A DNA stretch of 64,000 bases from Spongospora subterranea f. sp. subterranea (lineage: Eukaryota): the NCBI GenBank assembly GCA_049724395.1, contig JAUGWO010000061.1, positions 1 to 64,000 of the forward strand. Reading direction: 5' to 3'. Numbering within the stretch: position 1 is the stretch's first letter; each line of letters begins with the position of its first letter. A model generated the notes under the pieces. The model was not told where the DNA came from and did not search any database. It saw nothing but the letters and a program-made list of their open reading frames with translations. Shown here one piece after another: positions 1 through 14,088 of this stretch. A program made the translations under genes and the position numbers.

Positions 1-1161
1 CCGAGGGTGGAATGGCTTCTGCGGTTGCCAAGACAAGTTATGGTCACAAAATGCTCTTCCAGTTTCCATAATATGTGATCCAGACGCAATTGACAAGGCG
101 AGAGATTTTCTAAATTCGTAATACAATAGGGTCGTCCGGTGTTGAATTTGATTTGCATGCCCATTACAATAGGCCTGGCCATGGTGCTTTTTTTCGCGAT
201 TTTTCAAAGTTCGTTTCGCCGGCTCCTGGACAACGAAAGGCCAGATAACCGATCTTACACCTAGTACTGTATAGGAATCGGACTATCATTGTTGAACGGA
301 GGGAGTATGAAATGTGCCAGTTAATTTCGGCTCAGAAAGCACTGGGGACGCCATTTCTGCCGCGCAAGCTCTGTACTGCGTCCACTGCAGCGCCCAGACG
401 CGGATGTTACTTACACGGTTACACCTGCAGGTACACAGGAAGAGGCCGCGTTTAAATCTGTAGGTGACGCACAGAAACAATCAAATTACCTTCAGCGCCA
501 ACTGGCAAGGCTCAACGAACCTGTTTGAGGACGCGATCTGACTTTGAATCAGTACGTGAACAGCGGGTAAATTCTTAAGCACATTATTGATAGCTGTTTG
601 CGGCAGTGAATGCATTCATTAGTAAGCATTTCCAGCAAAATCATCAGAAGGTTATGGGCGTAGTTGGCGCGTATGCCGGCTTATATTGTACCAGCCTGAT
701 TTGGTGCCTTCACCTTCATGCTCTAACCTTTTGGATCTCGTTTCAGTTGCTATCCAAGCCATGAGATCTGGTAAATCTGGTAAATCTCCAGTAGCGGCAG
801 CAACTCCCATCAGCCAGCAAACAGGGTCATCTAGTGACTCGAAATATGGATTCGAAGTCCCAAGTATCGACACGATCGGGGTAACCTCATCATCAAAAAA
901 CGTATCCTCGCTCACTATTTTCAGGAATGGTCCAGTAAAGAGGAAAATGTCAAGGCATGGGAGCAATGGATTTCGAAAGAAGGAAATCTAGACGAATGGG
1001 CGAAATCATTGGCGAAATGAAAAGGTGGATTGAATCTGAACAACAACAAAAATTACATAAAATCCCGTTCGAGTTCATGCATTGACAAAAAGCGGTGCGA
1101 TTCACAGAAGATGCGAAAAATTAAGCAAATCCAGAAATGCGTTTATCATGCAAATTCACCG

Positions 1162-3037
1162 TTAAATTAACGGCTGCGATGAGTTGTCCTCGTCTTCGGG
1201 CGTCAGCCTTGGTTCCAATAAGTTGAAGTATTTCAGTACCTTGAATAAAATAGCGACCAGAAAGACGGTTATCAAAGTGGCAACCAGTTTAAATGGTGAT
1301 TTGGCGACACTTGACGCAATGATGACCATAACGACACCCGTTTTAATGAGAGTTATGGTCCACGCCCCAGCTACACCATACGGCACAACATAAGGTCGCG
1401 GCGCTAACGGTTCTGTGTACTTTAAAACCATAAACGCAGAAAATTCCAATAGCAAACAGCAGCAATTCAGAAGCATCTCGATCTGGACAAGTTCAGAAAA
1501 ATCACCGATGACGATAATTGATGTGACCAACAACTGCACCAAAATCGCGTTTCTAGGGGTTCCGTGTCCTCTAGATAATGTAGACATAAATTTCGGCATC
1601 GTCCGAGCACTGATTCCAATACGATCAGCCGGAACTGCCATGGCCCAAAGCTCCTCCTTGAAGTCGACGCGATACCGGCATTCTATGAAGAAATTTAAGA
1701 AAAAACAAAGCGGGAGCGGTAAAGCACAGATTACCAATTGTCCAATATTGCACAATGCACAAGCAGCTCGCATCCACAAAGCAACCCAGGGAGAAACACG
1801 AAGAGCGGCGTCATAGAAAGCATCAGCTCTCCACCGAGCTGGATCAGGTAACAGAGCGTAGTTGATGATGATTGGCCCAACGTAGGCGCAAGTTGACGCT
1901 ATTAGTGCCAACGCAATACCCAAAGGATACGTGCCAGCTGGGTCTGACACCTCCCCGGCAACAGATCCAAGCGCATCCCAACCTGGGCAAACGTTTGAAG
2001 AAAATTCCCCAAATGTGCATTTGCAATACCTGTATTAGACCAGAGAAGAACAGAAGCCATCAAACCCCAATCTCTATTTTCAGGCACTTTCGCCCATCCG
2101 ACAGGGGAAAATTCATGTATGGCAAACGGAATCTCGGCCAAAAAAACAGACTAGCCCACACGACAAATTAAGCACAGCGTTGTTACGTCAAGATTACGAA
2201 TGCGTGTAGATAGTTTCAAATACCATAGATAAGCAGAGTAGCACAATAGACACATTGCCTACTAGCTCCAACCCAAATATATTGCACACAGACACCGCAG
2301 CGAGGATCGAAACCTTGACGGCGTATCTTAGCAAAAATCCAGAGCTCTCAGGAAGATATGCAGCTATAAGATTTCTGTCCAGCTGATGAACGATGTGAAA
2401 GTCAGTTAGTTGCATTGACGTACGGGTATAGACACATATCAAATAAAGATGTGAACAATGACAGATACGCATTTACAAAGCCAGCGAAATCACCAAGAGC
2501 TCTCCACACCCAAAGATAGGAGCCTGTTCACTCACATTCAAATGGAATAACTTGATAAAAAAAAATGAAAAAGCAAACTTGGCACTGTGGGACAAATTTT
2601 ATCTAAATGATGAGTTAATACCTCCGTTCTCTGGCATCATTGTGGATAGCTCTACAAATTGGTAGCAAATATAAGTTGAACATGTTATTGAAAGCGACTT
2701 GTGAGAAATACCGGCTGTCATTAACGACTGCGGAATTGCCCACACAAAGGGCAGCAAAGCGAGGCCGACCAAACAGTACGCGACACCTCCTGCTCCAATG
2801 GCTTCTTCTAATCCAAAAGGGCCTTTACGACTCGTGAAGTAAGCTAGATTCAGAACATAGAAACAGCAATCCACCTCCACAAGTTAAGAAGAACGACAGC
2901 ACAACAAATCGTGTCAGTGATAGTACTCGAGCTGGTTTAGCAGCTACGTGGTCGATGCTATCTGGAGACGAGTTGCGATCTTTCTGAGGCTCGCCGTCGG
3001 CAGGAACCGTACAGACATACATCGCCGGCTCGTCCAT
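1162..3037 (-). CDS. APC-superfamily polyamine/amino-acid permease (plant PUT/RMV1/LAT-like), multi-exon; paralog A
   Basis: Spliced exons give RVLSLTRFVVLSFFLTCG-GPFGLEEAIGAGG...LPFVWAIPQSLMTA-ELSTMMPENGG...LLWSNTG-WDALGSVAGEVSDPAGTYP...GTPRNAILVQ...LEFSAFMVLKYTEPLAPRPY, the motif series of PUT/LAT permeases. Many TM helices; GT-AG introns. Confidence 0.88.
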
Positions 3038-3790
3038 CGCGCCTTGCGGCGACGATATGGCTCTGACCCGGCAAAACGCTAGTGGGAGTCGAAATCTTTG
3101 AACGAATCGTTGTCCGCCTGACCCAACCCGTTTGCCCCAAAAATCCAATGGCTGACCCTGCTGCAATATATTAACCGGTAATAAAGACTAGGTCGACCGA
3201 AAAACACCGAACGGATTTTTAAGTCTGGGGGGCTCTGAATCTAAATGGGTCACCCAGTCTGTGACATGATGAGGGATCGTTTGTGACAGGAAGATGGACC
3301 TGGTCCGGTTCACACTCGGTCTGTTTTGACCGACCCAAAGCGGAAAATTGATCGGATAACACAGTGCGCAACGTACGACTTTTCATACATCCCTGAATAA
3401 ACCCTAAAACTTTTTTGTGGTAAAAAATACAGAACGTATCTGCGTATTCGTTGGCCGTTGAAAAATGGTGGATATTTCTGCCTTCACGTTTTCAACTTCG
3501 GTCGGTAAAAATCGAACGACTCCCCAACTAGGCCGCACGACACTCACTCCACTAGGTTCGACGACGAAAGTTCAGTGATCGCCCGCATCTTAGAAGATAC
3601 GGTCGACCTAATTGAAAGTCAAATCACCAAGAAGCAATCTGTTGCGTTTTATCAGCACCCCGTTTGGGTCAAGTGGTGTCGTTTTCGGCGCGCAAGTTTC
3701 CCCAATTTCAAAAAGAGCGCAGCCCTGCAGAACCAATACCACGCCCAAAAACATAAAAATATAACAGATCTCGTTGTTTGTCTGTCGATC

Positions 3791-4568
3791 ATGGCCAATC
3801 TAGCCGAGACCTGTGCCGTTCTTGAAGAGCTTACAGCCGTGTTCAATAGCGATGATGATCCGGCCCTTTTAACGCACGTGCTAGAGACCGTGTCGCAAGC
3901 GGAAAGTTCCTGGCAGGCCAAGCAGGTCCAGGTTCAGACCATCATCTCCGACCTGACTGCTGCCGTTCAGGCACTGCAGGAAGAAATTGCTTCGTGCCCG
4001 CAACAGCAATATACGGAAGAACTCTTACGAACTGAAGTCGAAGAGTCGCGTTTGAAAGCCGAGATATCTAACCTTCAGAATAAGAAGCAAGCTGCGACAG
4101 AAAAATTAACCCAGGTAAACCCACGACTTGAACAGTTTTTCCCTAAAATGTACTATTTTATTGTTTCGCTCCACATTCAGACGTATATGTTTGAATCTTA
4201 CAATACGTTATCATAACCAATATTTGTTTGCAACTGTTTGCTTAAAGTACATCTAGATCAAAAAAGAGGATGAAGAATTGCAAAGAAGCCGCACCGAGGA
4301 GCTAAACATGGTTAATTCCCAACTTCCTCATATCAAACATATGATTAACTTATATTCGTGTATTTCGAATATTACTTGGGACTTTGACGTGCCCGAGACG
4401 GAGATCAAAGGAACCGTGTTTCTCCCTAAAGTGCAACATGCAAAACCATTTCATTTCAAAGATATCGCTGCTGAAGGAGTACCAAAAACCGCAAATGCTC
4501 TTTGGGATTTAATGTGGCTCAACCACACTTCACACGAGAAAGATCAAGTCGCTTCAGAGTTGTCATGA
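3791..4568 (+). CDS. SPC24: Spc24-like kinetochore (Ndc80 complex) subunit, 2 exons
   Basis: N-terminal coiled coil, intron at about 4114-4257, then an RWD-like tail INLYSCISNITWDFD...IKGTV...PFHF...ANALWDLM matching the Spc24 pattern LY..I.WD...G...PF...N.LW. Confidence 0.72.
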
Positions 4569-5281
4569 GTTCGATAAACATGTTCCTTAATATTTTACGT
4601 TGTTGCATACTTCACGTTATTACACGCCAGCCCGAAAATTCAAAAAGGAGCCTTTTGGCACCGTCTTTCCTGACAACATTGCTCCAAATTCCCAGAAAAA
4701 ATCCTCGGGAATGCAAATTGTTGTTTGCGTCTTAAGCGCCTAGATACACTGATCAAAAAATGATTCTTAACCTCCAACACCTAGTGCAGGTTCATTACTA
4801 CGCTGACCCGTTCACCTATCACCTCACATGGTTGCACATTCCCTCAACTTCGCGTGAAGTCATCAGCACCAACCTGACCTGAAAACCCCCGACGTTGTTC
4901 TCCGTCTGGCGCCAGCGCCCCACCATCCTGACGCCCACGCCCCACCACCCTGACGCCAGGCAAAACCGCGCGAGCCGAAGAGCTGGTGAGGTACTGTACT
5001 GTAAAATCGGGGGTGAGGTACTGAGGTTGATGAACTGGTCCCCCAATATAATAAGTGGTGAGTGGGCCCGAAATACACCCCGCTTCAAAAATGAAACGAA
5101 TGATAAGTAGAGCCCGTAACTGTAGTGGAGGGACTTCCCATCAGTTCCCCAAAATCGTGTCGTGAAATTAGTTTCAGGGTCGTTATCGGCGCCCCACCAG
5201 TCGCCATTAGCCATTGCGTTCTGAAGACGCCCCCGGATCCTGACTGAACCCAAACGTCGGCCCCTGGACGTCGGTCGCCGC

Positions 5282-6913
5282 ATGAAAGATGGGAAGGACG
5301 TCGGCGTTTTCCTGCTTTCGGATACGTATCTGGAGGGGGATATCGATGATGGACAATCGATCGACTCTGACAACGACTCTAGCGAAGCAGCTGTCCCAAC
5401 TCGAGTTCTTAGCCTCGGCAAACTCGTGTTTATCAGTTTCTTTCTAACGTGCGGTGGACCGTTTGGTCTTGAAACTGTATGGTGTTGCTGTTCCGAACCG
5501 GCGTTCGAATTGTTGTCCATTTTTTTTCCAGGCCGTCAAAGCAGGTGGTGTTGGACTGTGCCTGGCAGGGTTGGTGGTGCTGCCATTTATATGGGCCATT
5601 CCGCAATGTCTGATGACTGCAGAACTCAGCACAATGATTAACGTCAACGGCGGGTAAATCATCCAGATGTTCGTAAACCCTTCATTCTGTTGAATTACAA
5701 TCCTACGTAGGGCGCTGGTGTGGGTTTGGCGGGGTCTTGGGGAGCTTCCCGGTGTTATCAATGCTGCAAATGGGCTCGCGACCAGGTCAGCTTTTGATGC
5801 TAAGTGGTTTATCGTAGTAATGGTATTTTCTTATCACTCAGCATTCTTGACTTAAGTATATATCCCAATCTTATTGTGAGTTACTTGCCATTTACGCTGG
5901 GAGCGTTGCCGTCGTACTTATGCAAGGTCCTCATCGTAGCTCTAGTGACATCAGTTAATGTACTTGGCCTTGAAGCTGTCTCTACCGTTTCAGTATGTTT
6001 GCTTGTCATCAGCATGGGGGTATTTTTTGTCGAAATTCCTTATGCAATATTCCATTTCCAATCGGCGTCCTGGACAAAAACACCGGCAAATATTGATTGG
6101 GCGTTGCTGTCTTCTGTTTTGCTATGGGCGAATACAGGTTATGATTCACTAGGCACGTTCGCTGGGGAAGTGCATACACCTTCTAAGACATACCCTCGAG
6201 GTATCGCTCTAACCTTAATCGCCAACTCTTCGGCCTACATTGGTCCAGTTGTTTTGAGTTATATTCTATTACCATCATGCAATTTATGGGAAAATGACGG
6301 GTTCCTTCAAGCTGCAGAAAAGACTTCTTACGCGGTTGCCGTTTGGATGACAGTTGCCGCCTCCCTGTCTAATGTCGGAAAGCTCAATGCCGGTGTGGCT
6401 ACGACATCTCGGTTAATGTGGGCAATGGGCGCCAAAATTCAGGAAGACGGTGTCTCCATGCGCACACTTCCAAGCATGTTCGGCAAGCTATCACCACGGT
6501 TTGGTACGCCCACAACCGCTCTTTTTGTCCAGTTCATTGTCGCTTCGATTTTCTGCCAATTCGACTTCTCTACAATTGTTCAGGTGGAGATGCTGCTCAA
6601 TTGTCTTTGTCTTGGATTTGAGTTTGCTGCATTTATGAGACTCAGATACACAGAACCAGACACTCCTCGACCGTTTCTTGTTTCAGGGGGAATGGCCGGC
6701 GCTTGGTTCATCACGATAATCAAGAGCATAGTAGTCGTATTTACCGTGGTATCAATTGTATGGCGGCGTCCAATGGCATTTCTTGGTATGATTGTCTTCA
6801 ATTGTTTCGTAATAACGACATATACAATTCGGCGTTTTTATCGTAAGAAGTACAGAGGGGAGTTGACGCGGTCGTCGTCATCGTTGCGTCATGCGATTCT
6901 TGGTGCTGCGTAA
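5282..6913 (+). CDS. APC-superfamily polyamine/amino-acid permease (PUT/RMV1/LAT-like), multi-exon; paralog B
   Basis: RVLSLGKLVFISFFLTCGGPFGLE...LPFIWAIPQCLMTAELSTMINVNGG...LLWANTGYDSLGTFAGEV...TYPRGIALTL...FGTP...EFAAFMRLRYTEPDTPRPF; collinear with the 1162-3037 gene. Confidence 0.9.
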
Positions 6914-6963
6914 AACGTGATTTATCTAAACATTAAATATGCATGTATTTTCGTATTTTTAAG

Positions 6964-9900
6964 TCATTCTTGTTTCGCGTCGTTTTCTATCGCTGCAGCC
7001 CTTGTCATACTCGCCAGCGCTAACACCGTCTGTTTCTCCATTAGTTTTTTTCGTTGCTGCACCCATCCAGGGTCGCCCGATATTTTGGTATAAATGATTA
7101 GTTGAACAAGAAGCAAAGTATGCTCTATCAAAGCAGCTAAAGACAGTCGTTCACCCCAACTAAAACAGTTGACGTCCGGTCGAAACCTTGAATCAATCTC
7201 ATATTGCTGTTGACACCTTGTAACAAAGCACTGCCGATGTTGTTGAGAAGCTTGTAAATCCGACGCAACGATTCCTACCTCTAATTGTCCTGTTGATACG
7301 CAAATCAATGCAGTGTTGATGATGGCACTGATGATGCCCACTATCACAAAAAATGAATCCCACCGGCCAAGGTTTGTGACTTTTCTTTGAATGGGCCTCC
7401 TGGATGCATAACAAAGACGCATGACATCTCCTAATTATGTTTAGTTTACCAGCCTCAAAACCGGTGAAGAAACTTGCCTCTAACTTCGTATATGTTATTC
7501 ACAAAAGCACAAAGTGGTATCAATGGCCAGATTACAGAGAACATGGTGACATATCTAACGTAGCCAGATGAGTGATCTGATAATCCAAACATTAAACAAA
7601 TCTCACCCGTACTGCATGCACATATCGTCAATATCTGAGAATGTCGAATAAGACGATTTTGTATGAACTCTGACCTAAGACCAATGTCAACCGTAAATGT
7701 TAGAAATATCAGTATGACTCACAACGTCCACGAACTTGGCTTGGGGATCTTCTGGGGTCCCACAAGAATTGTATGCTCGAACAAGATACGGACTGGCATA
7801 TTCAGACAACTCTGTTGCCAACTTTTCTGCTCGTGCTTTCACATCCTCAGTCGGATCAAGATCCCTTCTTTTCATGCGCTTGTAATTAAGGATTGAATCG
7901 ATCAAAATGGGAACGAATGTGTCGATGAGAAAATTCAGGAGCTGCGTGACAACCAATGCTACATTACCAAAAAAACAGGTTTACAATTGAATGAACTTAG
8001 AAAATTGTCGTACGTGTGATAAAGGCGTCTTGGAGGTCAATTTTTGTGCTGTCAATTTTGAGGCCGGTATGGAAGTATTGATTAACCAAGTCTGACCAGC
8101 TGTTCCCAAAAGGAACGTACAGAAAAGCCAGCAGCCAGAACCATGCGTACCTAGAAACATATAGTGATATTTCCTGTTTGCTGATTTGATTAAGATCACT
8201 AACATGTTGAGCCATTCAAAAATAAACACTTTAAGAGTATAGCTATCCTCGAATTGCGCCTCGTACATTGGGTTAAACTGAGCGGCGAACCATTTCGCTG
8301 TTGCCTTTAACCATTCCCATTGAATTATCTGTAGCACACGACTCGTCAGCATCAAAGAGTATCAGCACCAATCGAATGTACATCTACGAAGAGCCCCAAT
8401 CCAGCACCTTGAGCCAGGATGGCAAGCCACCTTGTGAACCCTGTGAAACAGATACTTGTTGAGGACGGTGCTTGCGTGTTGCATGCTGGGACTGTCTTCA
8501 AGTAAATATACAAATGGACAAACATCCCTGAGAATTGCTTAATATTGAGCAATCAATGATATTTGACAAAATATCCACCTGTTACAATGATCATAATAGC
8601 GATTTGGAGCAAAGTAAAAGCAGCCAGCAATAACATTAACGGAAATTTGTGAAAAATATCAAGCTCGCTTGTTTCAGGGCTATTGAATGACTGAGTATCA
8701 TCGGTCTCCTACAAAAAAAAATGATAATATTGACACCGCTTTTCCCATGAGCCCTGTGGAGCTTACTGTTTCTGGTAAAAAATTTCTTTTACGGCAATAG
8801 CCACGATATTGGGGATCATGGAACTTCCAACGATAGTCCCTTTCGCTTGAATTCGTAGTACCCCAGATCTGAAGCAGGAAGTTTACTTCACAATTTGTTG
8901 ATCCTCACTTTATGCTTACTAAATTGATTTCATTGTTCTTGCGTTTCCAAAATTTATTCATCAAAGGTGCCCATATGGCGCTGACCGCACATCCAAAAAC
9001 AGCCAGTATTTGTGCATATGTTCTCGCCGAGAAGATGTATTGCGTGATGAAGACGCCGGTGCCGGTGATCAAAGGAATAATCAACCACCTTGAGTAATGA
9101 TCGACAAAGGCAAAATAGAGAGCAACCTTCTCACCAAAGTGTGCCCTCAATTCTGAAAAAGAGACCGTGAGAATGTAGAGCAGGCATCCGATCACTGGAA
9201 TCGAACCGTGAATAAAGAATTTGTTGTCAATCAAACCCAGATCCTCTTCGGCGACAGATCGTCTATGCGACATACCAAAAACAGACAGCGAATGGTGATT
9301 GTTCGGAATTTGACCGTTCGGAAGTTGACCGTTCACGAAGGTCTCGGCAGCCTTTTTCACGTCGGGGTTATCGTCGCCTTCCTTGATCGTTTTCCACATT
9401 TGGCGAGTTCGCCTCTTTAGTACACGCCAAATGTTGAGCTATCGATAACTTAGTCGAAGTTGGAAGAACAATAAGAATGAATACCTTCTGCACGTAAAGT
9501 AGTAGGAACTTTTTCCTAAAATTATCACAAAAAAGGGGAACGACGGCCTTTACGTGCCCCTGTTTCTCCCTTACACCTGCAGCATCGACAACAAGTTCGC
9601 CAATCTGAAGCCTTTCCGCATAGGTCATTTTGTCGGCATAATGCTCATCAGAATGTAGTTCTAAACCGCCATAACAGCCTCCAGCGACCCAACGCTCTAT
9701 TTGAAGATCTCTTCCCATAGTCAATAATGATTTCTTCGTCACGCGCAGCAGAAGTACTGTCAAAGAGAGCGAATCCTCATTAACAGTGTTGTCATAAAGA
9801 ACATCAACTGCAATTCCATTTTTTGTGAGGGATTTAACCATTTCGATTAGCTCCGCTTTTGATTCATCTGCATCTTTCCCTTCCTTGCCAATGTCATATA

Positions 9901-10084
9901 CGATGGCAAAATCAAATCTGTTTGTCTCGCGGACAGTGAACTTTGACATTCTGATGAAATGGATTTCCTCATTGGCCAGAAGATCGAATTTGCTTCTGAA
10001 TGCTGACACAATTTGGGTAGCCGTTTCAGACACCGACGCCCCCATCGACCATCTTTTTGATGGTTCTCGAGATGGCGCCTCCAT
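6964..10084 (-). CDS. Anoctamin / TMEM16 family (Ca-activated channel/scramblase), multi-exon
   Basis: LRAHFGEKVALYFAFVDHYSRWLIIP, FWKRK, FEDSYTLKVFIFEWLN, RRPIQRKVTNLGRW and LIEHTLL are anoctamin motifs. The 5' end may extend upstream (acceptor-like tttctagcag before the ATG). Confidence 0.88.
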
Positions 10085-11772
10085 ATCTGCTAGAAAGATA
10101 GACGAGAAACAGTCTTAATGGTACGGTTTGAAGCGACCCGGTCGAAGAGTCTTTGAAATGCGTTCAGATTACCTCAGATTGCTGCCCACAAAATGACTAT
10201 CTGAACTGGAGGCAAATGGATGCATTTGATACGATCAATATTGAGGAGGCCACGTCAACACTTCTTGTAGCGTTAGATGGGTAAGAGTAACCCTCTGATG
10301 TGCAGCTGAGGAACGAACAATACATCATGGTGCAATGGCTCCAGCTGACGAAACTGGTGGTGGACACAGGACACACATGTTATTGGGATCATACGGTATT
10401 GTAAGTGTTGACGGATTTGCAATGTTTCATGCGACTTGATAAGGCCAGAAGAATCGATCTCCGATGTTTCTTCGGCTGCGCGGTGGGTTTGGCGATGTTG
10501 TAGCGATAGAAGACAACTTGTTCGTGCTAGCCAAGTTTACGAACGGGGACGATTTCTCTGTTTAGATAGCACTGTCCTACAATTAAAAACAGACCGGTAG
10601 CTCTAACGTGACGTTGAGAAACGGAACTAATGAAAAATCACTAATCTAAGATCGGATTGACCTTTGAGGACGAAGTCATTGGCCTTTGCTTTTTTAAGAA
10701 TTGGTGCAGATGTTTGCAAAACGATTTTTATTTCGTTATTGATCGACTTCACCAAGTCTTTCTTCGTTAATAGCTGGACCTTTTGCTGATTCCAGCGTTA
10801 GGTTTACGTTCATCCTTTTTAGCTTATCTTGAATTTGTCGCCAACGTATTGAATAAACATGAGTTTGCAACCAGAATCCCATCCGTTTCCTGGACGAAAG
10901 TTGTTATCGTTAGTGTTAAAATGATCACAGGACTTTTTCTTGGGGCTTGGCAATAATTGAATTGCGTTGCAATAAACCGTTTCAAAATGTGTAATCATTC
11001 TGTTTGGGGGCTTTTGGCCGGGTCGAGATCATCTCGTCGTACAAATTATATCCAAATCACAAAAGTCGGTTGAACCTTTGTCTTAACTACTGGACCTGTG
11101 TTTGCGTAAAGGAGACTCTATAGAGTCTGGGTTAGTCTTCAGTTGTTCTGGTTTGGTGTGGGGAGACGCTCTAGCTTTGACTATATACGATAGTCCTTGA
11201 CGAATATGTTTATCATAGTTTTTTTATAATGATAAATTAGTTGGATGTCTGTGGTTATAGGGTGCGTTTGAAAAGATAATCGTAAGCCTCATCTTCGACG
11301 ATGCTTCGCATGGAGATTTTTGTTCATACACCTTGAAATGCGTTTCAAAATGCGAGATTTCGGGGACACCACTTCTTTGCGTGAGGTTTGCCCAATTTCA
11401 CAAATAGGTTTGGTGTCAAAAATTGCAGTGAGTAAATTAATGAACGCGAGTACTGTATTAACGATGGCTGGATTATTCTATTTTATACCACTGGCGCTTC
11501 ACTCTATATCGGACTCTGGTGCGGCCCCATTGGCCTTAGACTGTGTGTATGGTACTGTTGTTACCTGAACTTGGAGCGAGTGAACGTCGCTGTTTTCAGG
11601 TGGAAATGACAGTATGACTCAGTCGGTATTGTTGCTTGAAAATATCCTTTAGCACGTAAGTTGAATCGGCGCTGGTCGCCTAATTCAAAACTAGATCGTT
11701 TGCAAATCTAGAGTACAGGACCAGTTTTCCGGCCGAAACGGATTCGTCGAGAATGGTCGCGTGATCCAAGTT

Positions 11773-13754
11773 ATGGATCAACCATATGGCCCCATAGCAG
11801 CAAATGAGTCGCACGTTGGTGACGAGCTCGACTTGCATCTTGAAAGGCCATCTAATTCAACCTCCATGGTTCAGACCAGTAACTGGACATCCACAGCTCG
11901 TACATCAAAGAATAACCACTCCAGACTATTACCTGTTCCTAGTCCTTTGACTCTACCCCCCTCAAGCTCTTCGTCAGCACTGATTTTGAGTAAACATCGT
12001 AGGACTTCGGCCATGGTGGATACCCCACAGATGATGTCGATTTCCATCGAAAACGATCCAGATTACATACGTCGTGAGCTTTCTCTGGAGCAAAAACGTT
12101 GTCTGAGCTCTATCATTGCATGCTTGCTTCCCCACCATACTTATGATTTGGAGTTTTCCAAATCATATTTTTCCACTTTCATGACGTTTTTGTCTATTGA
12201 TCCTATGGAGTTTGAGCCGTTGTTGGATCGGCGAGTGGATCCTCTCCCGTTTGTGGAAGATATGGAATTGACCAATAAGACCGAAAAGGGCAGAGTGGTT
12301 ATCGGTGTTCTATTATTCACGACTTCGACGTTCAGAGCGTATGATGCTCGCATACGCGTGCTACTGATGTCGCTATGTGATCTATTCTCTGTGAAACGGT
12401 TTTGGCTGGTACAAGAAGAAGCCGTGCTGGTGGCTGCCATCAAAAGGAATTCGTTAATAACGACCGCGACCAGCCCAGATTTGGGCAGCTCCAGGTTTAA
12501 GCAATGGGCAAAGGTTGGAGCGGCTGTAGTTGTCTCATCCACCTTGTTCGTAGTCACTGCTGGCATTGCCGCTCCTGCCCTGGGCGCTGGGGTGGTTGCC
12601 TTAGGGGCTGGGTCGGGGATCGGGGCTTTCATCGGCTCTTTGACAGGGACCGCACTGATTTCAGGTCTGTTCGGGGCTACAGGAGGTGGGCTGGCTGGTT
12701 ATAAAATGAACAAGAGAGTGAGAGGAATCAGAGAGTTTGAGTTTGTCCCGTTCACTCCAAATGAAACGATCGAATGGGATCAGAACACCGACCCATCTAT
12801 GCTGATCACAATCTGCATCGCAGGTAGTTTTTGAACCTCACTGTTTCTGAGCCAAAATTTGATCATCGATTTTATAGGGATGTTAAATAAGGAATTCGGC
12901 TATGAGAGTTTGTTTTCGTCTCTGCTGGCCCGTCCATCAGCTGGCGAACTGTACATTTTGAAATGGGAAACTCCAGAATTGCTTAATGCTGGCGATGGAA
13001 TCGGTTAATAATGGCAACTAATGATATCGCCTTGAATTGAACCTATTGAAATTTCAGGGAGTTTCGCGAAATATCAAGTAGGCTCAGCTGTATTTCAAGA
13101 GACGTTGAAGCAAACGCTTTTGATGGGAGTTATGAACGCGCTGGCTTGGCCAAGTGCATTTATCACCGCTTCTTATCTTATTGATAATCCTTGGTCGATC
13201 ATCATTTCTCGGGCTGATAAAGCCAGTCTACTTCTTGCAGATGCACTTTTAGCTCGCTCTCATGGCCATCGTCCGGTAACTTTAGTCGGCTTCAGCGGTG
13301 GGTTGCTAGGGGTATTTTCAGCATGTATTCTGAGCGAAGCTTATAGTTGGCGCCCGAGTGATTTATAAAGCGCTGCTCGAGCTATCGGCAAAGGGCAAAG
13401 AAGGTCAAGGGATAGTTCAGGACGCTATTTTACTTGGATGCCCAGAATCAGCAAAACCAGATGTTTGGGGGAGAATGCAGACAGTGGTTGCTGGAAGATT
13501 GATTAATGGATATAGCAAATCAGATTGGGTATGTTTTCAACTGTTTAATATGTGCGGATGTATCAAAGGTCGTACTATAGGTACTTCGATTCATTTTCAG
13601 AGCAGCATCCCCGACATTAACAGTATGTGGTCTCGAGCCGGTCCATCTCGATACAGTTGAAAATATAGATTTATCGGCAGTAGTCGAAGGTCATCATACA
13701 TATTTATCCCAGCTTTCCGAAATATTGGAAATAATACAGATTGCAGTGTCATAG
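11773..13754 (+). CDS. TMCO4 / DUF726 (Mil1-like) alpha/beta-hydrolase-fold membrane protein, multi-exon
   Basis: YDARIRV, Gly-rich TAGIAAPALGAG...LFGATGGGLAGYKM, ALAWP..IDNPW...RAD, HGHRPVTLVGFS-VGARVIY, VAGRLINGYSKSDW, VENIDLSAVVEGH. Confidence 0.9.
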
Positions 13755-13941
13755 CGTTAATGCCATAACGATCACCCCCTAATAATTGGAGTGTCATGTG
13801 AATGTGTGTAGCCTCACCCCGATGAGAGCAATAACCGCTTTGCAGGGTTGTGTGTGCGAGTGTGCGGCACTCCTGCTGTGTAACTTTCACAGCGTGGCCT
13901 CTAGCGAGTAGTCTTTGAACTTACAGGTCCGTGTTCAGCGA

Positions 13942-14063
13942 CCCGTTCTCTGCTTACTTGGCACAAACGTCAATATTTCGAGAAGTCCTGAAGATATCTA
14001 GTCCCGTTCTCAGCTTACGTGGCACAAACGTCAATATTTTGAGAAGTCCTGAAGATATCTAGT
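13942..14063. repeat. Tandem direct duplication, 2 x 61 bp
   Basis: cccgttctc(t/a)gcttac(t/g)tggcacaaacgtcaatattt(c/t)gagaagtcctgaagatatctagt at 13942 and 14003, with 3 mismatches. Confidence 0.95.
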
Positions 14064-14088
14064 CTGGTGCTAGGTGTTGATAGTCGTT

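Noticed and set aside
1..1000. Possible transposase or gene fragments (e.g. EFRKSLALSI; ORF 652-966)
   Set aside because: Too short and truncated by the window edge; the piggyBac-like resemblance is not supportable.
4819..5520. 233-aa minus-strand ORF
   Set aside because: Antisense to the permease B 5' end and promoter, with no recognisable motifs.
10117..11700. Small spliced gene between anoctamin and TMCO4
   Set aside because: Splice-like sites exist on both strands, but I could not build a consistent frame.
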